Shown one piece after another: positions 20,301 to 26,540 of a DNA stretch of 53,737 bases. Location of the stretch: positions 1 to 53,737 of IMG/VR virus record IMGVR_UViG_3300017745_000008. One strand, given 5' to 3'. This DNA comes from a virus. Lineage: Duplodnaviria; Caudoviricetes. Every line of letters starts with the position of its first letter. Position 1 is the stretch's first letter. The position numbers and the translations under genes were made by a program. The notes beneath the pieces were generated by a model, which was not told the DNA's origin, did not search any database, and worked only from the letters and a program-made list of their open reading frames with translations.

Positions 20301-20660
20301 ATACTTGCAAGAAGCTTTGATGATGTTCTTTTTGAGCAAATTGACTCTGCTGGTACACTTTACGCTAGGGCCAAGTCTATCGCCTCTCAGGTAATGGGAC
20401 AACTCTATCGCCAAGGTGCACTCTTTGGAGCTAGACCAGAACAAGCTTACTTAGTTGTTTGTTCTGATGCTAATAACGCTGTTAGTGATCTAGAAAACGG
20501 AACGTTAAGACTCGATGCTTATGTGGCTACTTCGCCAACTCTTGAGCGTCTTCTTGTTACCGTTGTAAGAACACCTGCTGGTCAGGTTGCTCAGGTACAA
20601 GATGCCTTCTCTAGAAATGTTGACAGATTCGATTACTTACTTAACGCAACTACGGTCTAA
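17340..20660 (+). CDS. Contractile tail sheath protein with large insertions
   Basis: RPGVFV N-terminus; C-terminal AFYAPY, PPSSFIAG, QAPAG, GLNPIR, WGART, FVNTR sheath motifs. Confidence 0.92.
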   Translation: MANPVNINVGAIQRPGVFVTQSSTGGLPQPIASHAIGYIFGSTPVDPYDTNPVDEYSALPPYQPTQIGSLEDFVQKAGGTPSASTNPQSMISYDSVKSFFENVGVNGILYYTRVTPTPESKVVVNKGAGWNLFALKIGDRYFGDKSLGVNDSDGVAIKVITTTALDADDNAFDIVGYLGKTDPDFNTFYKIEQDEVEASNATFRIYSKDSRVIPAIQSFKGYKISDTAYASPTDAGVVSRYIPVKELNFRCVSRDVSTQEPILFVSGAAIGNFLGETSKTVKTDSSAAFTASTGVVKVADIDDLTIGGVALAAGDKIAFEGAAGELPTGNIFYSTVYSVLSVDAGTDTFIINNGSNAALTFTSNDLTSVVTVRRLAYDPSVAADNQQAIEDFLVDQEVYASASAIPDDKIVAISTDERVGKDDHVRWADAAAAYYQWNASGLTFTPGADGTGLTKIPQGTITSVGGNVNRLGYVPDTIQSFYVNIAGENRVIIANGATPAELTESVSSSIREILEEKELEAFYDVESVLEDYETSLGTNQYAPNNGEAIGASLSVTGAPALRPSNDGKALTGAVLVTSGSTTIQGFVSPQTSNSQTVELLASGALLGSGTEFLSSIAPGYRILIGSNSYEVVEVTSNTQAIVSNLAGATENSSSSWSVVSTRFTEDLYAGSYVVINGYRFEVASVTNDAAFVVTTAPAFTASSTTVFLDSSIANGFYRHDYVLKVKITSKNGIPSPVVAGLDRYGKKDSNVSRVNSLSEAADFVNYKLSAKARSQDFVYAIEQGMGSGDYRPGFLLAPEAFGSFKATAGGMTKTQAREERVKVTQSLLRAAEGKLGEVEGISGTQHIALIDCGADELSLSEVQDELAFVKGAAGVPFGHGAFYAPYIKNSSGRFVPPSSFIAGIACSRYVNEGFQQAPAGARYPLRGATGLRFDITAQQQEVTYPLGLNPIRSLPNRGIVAWGARTMSSNALFKFVNTRAILNVLLDILARSFDDVLFEQIDSAGTLYARAKSIASQVMGQLYRQGALFGARPEQAYLVVCSDANNAVSDLENGTLRLDAYVATSPTLERLLVTVVRTPAGQVAQVQDAFSRNVDRFDYLLNATTV

Positions 20661-20669
20661 TAATTAAAA

Positions 20670-22562
20670 ATGTCTAATAATAAGGAGCAAATTTTAAACG
20701 CTAAAGGGCCACTTTCTTCTCAACAGCCCAAAAAGGCCGTGCACATCGAAATGTTCAGGGCTGGTCCTCAGATCAGTTCCGCCGGGCAAAAAATGATGTT
20801 CACTGAGGAGGATTTGGACCAGGTGGTCGGTACTTACGTTCCTGGCCAACATGAAGCTCCGTTAATTATTGGGCACGATCAAACGGACTCTACACCTGCG
20901 TTAGGGTGGGTAAAAAATCTTTGGAGAAAAGGTAAAGCATTATGGGGTAACGTCGAACTTACCCCTAAGGCTGAAAAACTGATTAAAGATGGAGTGTTCA
21001 AGAAAGTAAGTAGTTCTTTCTACTTACCAGACGCGGAAACAAATCCGCACCCTGGAAAATTGGCGCTCCGCCATCTTGGATTAGTTTCGATTCCCGCCGT
21101 AAAGGGACTCACTGCTTTTTCCGAAGGTGAATTTAACGACGAAAAAATTATCAATTTAGCTCCTGAAGAGGGAGAAACCGTTATTTCGTTTAAAGAAGCC
21201 TTAGAAACAAACAACTCTACTATGACTAGAAAAAGAAAAACTGCTGACGAGGTTCAGGAGGTCTCAGTAGATCAGAGTGTTGATCATGCTGAGGGTGGAA
21301 TGACCGTCAATATCAACATAGGAGGCGGTAAGCCTTCTGTATATGACGACTCTGGTAACCAGGTCGATGAAACAGGCGCTCCAGCCGACTACAAGATGGA
21401 GTACGCCTCCGACGAAGAAACAGATGAAGAAATGGCCCCTGAAGCCGATGCTGAAGCCCTTGAAGGTGAAGGTGAAGGCGACGACATGGGTCTAGAGGAC
21501 GAGGGTGGTGAAGAGGCACCTGAGGCTCCTGAAGAAGAGGGAGAAGCACCTGCTGAAGAAGTCGGTGAAGAAGAGATGGATTCCGAGGGAGAAGGCGATG
21601 AGCCTGCTAAAGAGGACGGCGCGGAAGATATTTCTGGCGAGATGGAAAATGACGATAAGAAAATTGCCTCTCTAGCTGCCGAATACGACGAAGACGAGCT
21701 CTTCCAAGCATTGGCTCTCAAGAAACAAGCTACCTCCATGATGGAGAAAGATATGTCCTACGGCGAAATGCCCGAAGGCCTTAAAAAGCACATGGAAGAG
21801 AAAGAGGGTAAAGAGGAAGGAGACGACGAAGAGAAGAAAGAAGAAGTCAGTGACAACGCCGAAGAGGTAGTTGATAATGCTGAAGAAACTTCTGAAAAAG
21901 AAGAGGAAAAGAAAGAGAAAGAAGAAGAGACTGAAGCCAAGGCTGATATGGCCGAGGATGAGAAAGAAGAGGACGAAGACGAAGAAAAGAAAACTGACAT
22001 GTCCGAAGAGGTTAAAGAAGAAAAGAAAGAAGAGTCAGCCGACCACGCTGAAGAAGCTGCACCTGTGGCTACCGAATCTCTAGACCATGGCGAATCCGCC
22101 ATTGGAGATCAGAGTGTTGACAACCTCAACGCTCGTGTAGCCGAACTCGAGGAAGAGCTTAATAAGCAAAGAAAGCTAGCTCGCGAGAAAGAAATTTCTT
22201 CGTTTGCTGAAGGACTCTATGAGTCTGGTAAGCTTACCGAACAAGTTGTACCTAAGGGTGACCTTGTTCGTTTCATGGAGACTCCTAACCATAAGAACTC
22301 TGTGAATTTCTCGGAGACCGGAAAGGCATCTCAATTTGACTTCATGCGTGGAGTTCTTGATTCCTTACCATCTATGGTCTCGTTTGAAGAGTTTGCAACA
22401 CCAACTTCAGCGCCTCAAAAGTCGAAGTCGGTTGAGCCCAACGCTTCTGGATACGCTTACGATCCAAACACCGCTCACGTTCATTCGGAGGCATTATCTT
22501 ATGCTGAAGAGAACGACTGCGATTACTTAACAGCTGTTAAGTTTGTTATTAACAACAACTAA
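20670..22562 (+). CDS. Prohead protease/scaffold, Mu gpI-like
   Basis: IEMFRAG, APLIIGH, PALGWV, VSSSFY, LRHLGLV.PAVKGL, then long acidic region and coiled coil. Confidence 0.88.
   Translation: MSNNKEQILNAKGPLSSQQPKKAVHIEMFRAGPQISSAGQKMMFTEEDLDQVVGTYVPGQHEAPLIIGHDQTDSTPALGWVKNLWRKGKALWGNVELTPKAEKLIKDGVFKKVSSSFYLPDAETNPHPGKLALRHLGLVSIPAVKGLTAFSEGEFNDEKIINLAPEEGETVISFKEALETNNSTMTRKRKTADEVQEVSVDQSVDHAEGGMTVNINIGGGKPSVYDDSGNQVDETGAPADYKMEYASDEETDEEMAPEADAEALEGEGEGDDMGLEDEGGEEAPEAPEEEGEAPAEEVGEEEMDSEGEGDEPAKEDGAEDISGEMENDDKKIASLAAEYDEDELFQALALKKQATSMMEKDMSYGEMPEGLKKHMEEKEGKEEGDDEEKKEEVSDNAEEVVDNAEETSEKEEEKKEKEEETEAKADMAEDEKEEDEDEEKKTDMSEEVKEEKKEESADHAEEAAPVATESLDHGESAIGDQSVDNLNARVAELEEELNKQRKLAREKEISSFAEGLYESGKLTEQVVPKGDLVRFMETPNHKNSVNFSETGKASQFDFMRGVLDSLPSMVSFEEFATPTSAPQKSKSVEPNASGYAYDPNTAHVHSEALSYAEENDCDYLTAVKFVINNN
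21222..22562 (+). CDS. Putative nested in-frame scaffolding protein (Mu gpZ-like)
   Basis: In-frame ATG (MTRKRK) just after the protease domain, with GTTTAAAG at 21188-21195. Confidence 0.55.
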   Translation: MTRKRKTADEVQEVSVDQSVDHAEGGMTVNINIGGGKPSVYDDSGNQVDETGAPADYKMEYASDEETDEEMAPEADAEALEGEGEGDDMGLEDEGGEEAPEAPEEEGEAPAEEVGEEEMDSEGEGDEPAKEDGAEDISGEMENDDKKIASLAAEYDEDELFQALALKKQATSMMEKDMSYGEMPEGLKKHMEEKEGKEEGDDEEKKEEVSDNAEEVVDNAEETSEKEEEKKEKEEETEAKADMAEDEKEEDEDEEKKTDMSEEVKEEKKEESADHAEEAAPVATESLDHGESAIGDQSVDNLNARVAELEEELNKQRKLAREKEISSFAEGLYESGKLTEQVVPKGDLVRFMETPNHKNSVNFSETGKASQFDFMRGVLDSLPSMVSFEEFATPTSAPQKSKSVEPNASGYAYDPNTAHVHSEALSYAEENDCDYLTAVKFVINNN

Positions 22563-22573
22563 GGTAAATACTA

Positions 22574-23074
22574 ATGGCAACAGACCCCCGCTATATGTCT
22601 TTTGACCACCAGTATGTCGAAACTGTATCGACCAGCGCCACAATTGCTGCTCACCGTTTCGTAACTCGTGCTGGTGCATACCCCGCCGCTGATGGCGATT
22701 TCGCCTCTGGCGTTACTATTTTTGATGCTCCTGGTCAAGGTCAACTGACCGCTAAGGGCTATCAAGTCAATGATGGATCTACTCTCGTCTATGAGGGTCA
22801 GCTTAACCCATCCACAACTCCTGCTAAGCCTGGAGTGTTTCCATACCAAGGCCTCCTTTCTGTAGTAACAGAAGGAATCGTTATTGTAGAGGTTGACGCC
22901 ACTTCTGGTGCAATCGCTGTTGATGCCGCCGTATACGCGTCCGACTCCGGAGAAGCTCTTGCTTCTGGTGGTGGCGGTACAAACTTCATTCTTGGTCGAG
23001 CTCTTGACACTGCCGCTGGTACTACAGCCGGTCAGTTTATCAGAGTTAAGCTAGGTTCTGAAGGCGCTTCTTGA
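22574..23074 (+). CDS. Capsid cement/decoration protein (DUF2190-like)
   Basis: IAAHRFV, GAIAVDAAVYASDSGEA, ILGRALD..G.FIRVKL; between protease and capsid genes. Confidence 0.75.
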   Translation: MATDPRYMSFDHQYVETVSTSATIAAHRFVTRAGAYPAADGDFASGVTIFDAPGQGQLTAKGYQVNDGSTLVYEGQLNPSTTPAKPGVFPYQGLLSVVTEGIVIVEVDATSGAIAVDAAVYASDSGEALASGGGGTNFILGRALDTAAGTTAGQFIRVKLGSEGAS

Positions 23075-23098
23075 TAAAATAAGGAGAATTTTAAAATC

Positions 23099-24079
23099 AT
23101 GATGAATCTAGATCAAGTACGCGTAATCGATCCTATTCTTACGCAACTCGCCCAAGGCTACAAAAACGCTGAAGGCGTGGCTACATTCTTCGGTCCAGCG
23201 GTATCTATGAATACACGTGCTGGCCGTACACTCGTATTCGGCAAGGAAGCCTTTGCCGCTCAGAATTTCCTCCGCGCTCCTGGAACTAACATCCAGAAGA
23301 TCCAGAACGAGTTCGGAACCAGAAGCTTCTCGCTCCGTCAAGAAGCTATCAGCTGGGAAATCGCTGAGGAAATCGCAGCAGAAGCCAAGAATGGCGCTGC
23401 TCAGCTTGACCTTCGTCAGTACGCTGCTAAGGACGCTGCAAATCGTCTTATGCAGTCCTGGGAGATCACCGTTGCAACTGCTGTCCAAGACGACACTCTT
23501 TATGAAGCAGACAACGTATTTGACCTTGCTACTCGCGCCTCTGGTGCAGACAAGTTCAATGCTGCTACTTCTGACATCGAGGTTCTAATTGACGAAGCTA
23601 AGGAAGCTGTTCGCGCTCAGATCGGTACCTATCCTAATAAGATGGTTATCTCCCCTGACGCTTTCAACGCCCTCAAGCGTAACAAGAGAATCAGAGACTT
23701 CATGCAGCGTGGCGTTCTCGTCAACGAAGCAACTCTCGCCAACATCTTTGGCCTTGACGAGATTCGTGTTGCACGTCGTCTTAAGCTTAACCAGTCCACT
23801 GGTTCACTTGAGAACATCTATAGCAACATTGCTGTTCTCTTCTACCAGCCTTCTGGTGCTACCGATGGTTTTGCTCCCGCTCTGGATGCAAACTACGGTA
23901 ACCCTGCTTTCGGATACACCTACACTCTTGCTGGTTATCCTATTGCTACTCCTGAGCGTTTCAACATCGAGCGCCGCGTATTCACCGGTGACATCCTTGT
24001 CGAGCGTTCCTTCGAGCTAGTCGGCATGGGCGAAAACGGTAAAGTTGGTGCTGGCGCTATTCTTAAGAACTGCGTCTGA
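23099..24079 (+). CDS. Major capsid protein
   Basis: 326 aa; DPILTQLAQGY, RAPGT, IG.YPNKMVIS; strongly biased C-ending codons; followed by terminator. Confidence 0.88.
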   Translation: MMNLDQVRVIDPILTQLAQGYKNAEGVATFFGPAVSMNTRAGRTLVFGKEAFAAQNFLRAPGTNIQKIQNEFGTRSFSLRQEAISWEIAEEIAAEAKNGAAQLDLRQYAAKDAANRLMQSWEITVATAVQDDTLYEADNVFDLATRASGADKFNAATSDIEVLIDEAKEAVRAQIGTYPNKMVISPDAFNALKRNKRIRDFMQRGVLVNEATLANIFGLDEIRVARRLKLNQSTGSLENIYSNIAVLFYQPSGATDGFAPALDANYGNPAFGYTYTLAGYPIATPERFNIERRVFTGDILVERSFELVGMGENGKVGAGAILKNCV

Positions 24080-24104
24080 TCAATCGTTAAAAACTTGATA
24101 AACT

Positions 24105-24130
24105 GGCTGGCCTTCGGGTCGGCCCTTTTT
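24105..24130 (+). terminator. Rho-independent terminator
   Basis: GGCTGGCC-TTCG-GGTCGGCC then T-run. Confidence 0.85.
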
Positions 24131-24138
24131 GTTTAAAG
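24131..24138 (+). promoter_or_regulatory. Putative late promoter motif GTTTAAAG
   Basis: Immediately after the terminator, about 24 bp before ATG 24162. Confidence 0.62.
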
Positions 24139-24161
24139 TAAAACAGAAGAAAATATGATCT

Positions 24162-24959
24162 ATGTCAGGTCCTCAACCACCTAGAGATATACACGGAGCC
24201 GCGAATAATTGCTCGCCCGCCACAGTGGATTATTTTATTTCTGTGTTTGGTTTTCAAGAAGCTGTAGAGCTATCTAACATTGAAGATCCAACTGGAAACA
24301 ATATTGATGTTACTAAGATTCAATTAGCCTTAAATGACGCAGGTCAGCTAATTAACAATTATATAGATAGCGCCCCACCGCAAGGAAAAGTCTTAATTGC
24401 CGGTTCTTATAGAAGAACTCAAGCAACAATTGCTAGGTACTATCTAGATGTATTAAGACCACGTACTCAAGTCCAAGAGGCGTCAGAAAAAGCCCTCCAG
24501 CAACTAGAGATGTGGGCCGCTAAAGGCAGCCCAAGTACTGGGTTTAAATGGCAAGAAGCTTATGCTTACTGGAGATCTGGTTGCTCGATGACAAAAAGCT
24601 CCTATCAGAGAGGAAGAAGCTTCACCGATCCTTCTCTTAATAAGTGGGTACTTCGTGAAGGAAGTAACGACCGTGGATTCCCGTTCGCGAATAGAGAAGC
24701 TGTTGTACTCAATAGAAACTCAGATAAAAGCCTTGCTTTAGAAACCCAAGGGGTTAAAGAAGTTATTCCAGACAGCGCATATGAAATGAATGAGCTCGTA
24801 GATGCTCTTGAGTCTACAAGAGGCCTTTCTAGTTTTACAAATACAGACCAAGCTACAAGTCCTGCAGAAGGAGACGGCTTAGTTGCAAATAATGACACCG
24901 CTTCCGCCGACGGTGAGTTCGATAACTATGGCGGATTAACTACTAACGATACGTTCTAA
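24162..24959 (+). CDS. Head-tail adaptor, Mu gp36/DUF1320-like, with C-terminal extension
   Basis: ATVDYFISVFG.QEAVELS...IQLALNDAGQLINNYI...IARYYL...ALQQLE. Confidence 0.75.
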   Translation: MSGPQPPRDIHGAANNCSPATVDYFISVFGFQEAVELSNIEDPTGNNIDVTKIQLALNDAGQLINNYIDSAPPQGKVLIAGSYRRTQATIARYYLDVLRPRTQVQEASEKALQQLEMWAAKGSPSTGFKWQEAYAYWRSGCSMTKSSYQRGRSFTDPSLNKWVLREGSNDRGFPFANREAVVLNRNSDKSLALETQGVKEVIPDSAYEMNELVDALESTRGLSSFTNTDQATSPAEGDGLVANNDTASADGEFDNYGGLTTNDTF

Positions 24960-25285
24960 TGGCCACTAACTCATATAAAGGATACAACCCATTTTATCCA
25001 ACAAATGCTGGAGGCGGAGCATTTTATCTAACAAATAACGACGCCGGAAACTGCTACGGGTATAGAACCGGCCTTAAAAGTGCTGTTTTTCCTGATGGCA
25101 CAAAATATAAAGAAGACGCTGATGCCCTTCGTCAATATATTATAGAGCTTGAATCTACAAGAAAATTACAGGATCTTGTAAACGTAGAGTTTTCTAGAGA
25201 TGTTAAAAAAGGTGATTTTTTGGTGTATGATAACACTAAAGGAAAATGGGTGCTTACAGATTTTCTATCCGGCGGTGAGTTCTGA
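24959..25285 (+). CDS. Hypothetical virion protein
   Basis: 108 aa; LQDLVNV...GDFLVYDNTKGKW fibre-type repeat. Confidence 0.55.
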   Translation: MATNSYKGYNPFYPTNAGGGAFYLTNNDAGNCYGYRTGLKSAVFPDGTKYKEDADALRQYIIELESTRKLQDLVNVEFSRDVKKGDFLVYDNTKGKWVLTDFLSGGEF

Positions 25286-26226
25286 TGCTTTTAGAAATTG
25301 AAAATCAACTCCATCGTAGAGTTCATTCTACCTTGGGGCAAAGCGCTGTTGTACTTCGCTTAGCTGAAGAATTAGATCAATCGGGAAGGGTTGCAGAGCA
25401 AGCCATGATAATTGTTAGCTTTGTTTCTGCAAACACAGCAAATGAGATGGGTGGCGGAGCGTACATTCCCACAATTCGTTCTAGGAAAATGACCTACACC
25501 GTCACACTAGTTCAAAAGCAAACTCAAAGAGAAGGGCATAGCTTTTCACTACCTTTATTAGATCTTATTGCTGATGCAGTTACGGGGTGGGTGCCTGAAG
25601 TTCCTGGGTTAGAGTTTGCTACCGGATTTGAATTAGAAGCGGAAAGGTTCGTACAAGTAACAGATGCTTCTCAATTTATATACGAACAGAGCTATTCAGT
25701 AACTGTTACTATATCAGACGGAAGATTTTATAGCCAGCCATGTGCTGCATTTGATCCCATATCCATTGAGGATTTCTTGCCGAAAAGAAAATGCTTACTC
25801 ACTCCTTCTGGAGAAAATACAGGGCTCGCAGTTTGGACTAGAATAACAGGTCCTGAAAGCACCGAAAGCTTTATTGTAGAGGACTCTCGAACTTGCAAGA
25901 GATACTTAGGAGATAGATTGGAGCTAACTTGCGGGAGCGATTTAGATGGTACTGCAACTTATAAGTTCATTCCAGAAAAAGCGATTACTTACGATTCCCA
26001 AGGAGTTGCTACTGTAAAAGATTCTTTAACTGCTTCTGGACCTTTATCTAACGTTTGGAAATGCGATAAAGATAGAAAAACAGATTTACCACCGTGGTTT
26101 AAGCTAGATGTAGACTTCGGGCTGTGGAGAAATGAAGCAGGAACTATTGCAAATCAAGATCCTTTAACATCTGCAGTTCAAAAAACAAAATTTAATCCAG
26201 ACACAGAATATTTTCGACCTGACTAA
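25285..26226 (+). CDS. Tail terminator, Mu gp37-like, with C-terminal extension
   Basis: LLEIENQL..RV; LLDLIADAVTGW.P; position after gp36. Confidence 0.6.
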   Translation: MLLEIENQLHRRVHSTLGQSAVVLRLAEELDQSGRVAEQAMIIVSFVSANTANEMGGGAYIPTIRSRKMTYTVTLVQKQTQREGHSFSLPLLDLIADAVTGWVPEVPGLEFATGFELEAERFVQVTDASQFIYEQSYSVTVTISDGRFYSQPCAAFDPISIEDFLPKRKCLLTPSGENTGLAVWTRITGPESTESFIVEDSRTCKRYLGDRLELTCGSDLDGTATYKFIPEKAITYDSQGVATVKDSLTASGPLSNVWKCDKDRKTDLPPWFKLDVDFGLWRNEAGTIANQDPLTSAVQKTKFNPDTEYFRPD

Positions 26227-26540
26227 GTTCTCATAAATAACATCTTATCTTTCTGAATATTATTACGCAGAGTATTGAGTGTAATGCATCGGTGCCCTGC
26301 GTTTTTTGTCATGTTTGCTTTTTTAGGGTACTTTGTTGTAAAGTCACCATTAGCTTTTAATAGAGCAATCTCTGTGCTATTTATCCCCACCCAGTATTGA
26401 GGTTTTTTGCCGCTCATTAAATAAGGCTCCTCTTGCATAAAAAGAGAAAGCCCGTACTTGAGCTTAAAATATTTGTTTATTTCGTCAAAGGTCTTCAAAG
26501 ACGGGGATGAGGTCTTTAATTGTAACTGAGTGTCCATCAT
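26223..26540 (-). CDS. Hypothetical protein
   Basis: Likely start MMDTQ at 26540, overlapping the polymerase 3' end; fills the gap to the convergent gp37-like gene. Confidence 0.45.
   Translation of the reverse strand: MMDTQLQLKTSSPSLKTFDEINKYFKLKYGLSLFMQEEPYLMSGKKPQYWVGINSTEIALLKANGDFTTKYPKKANMTKNAGHRCITLNTLRNNIQKDKMLFMRT

Noticed and set aside
21313-22102. Antisense and alternate-frame ORFs in the scaffold region
   Set aside because: Ser/Phe- or Lys/Arg-rich shadows of the GAA/GAG-rich coding strand
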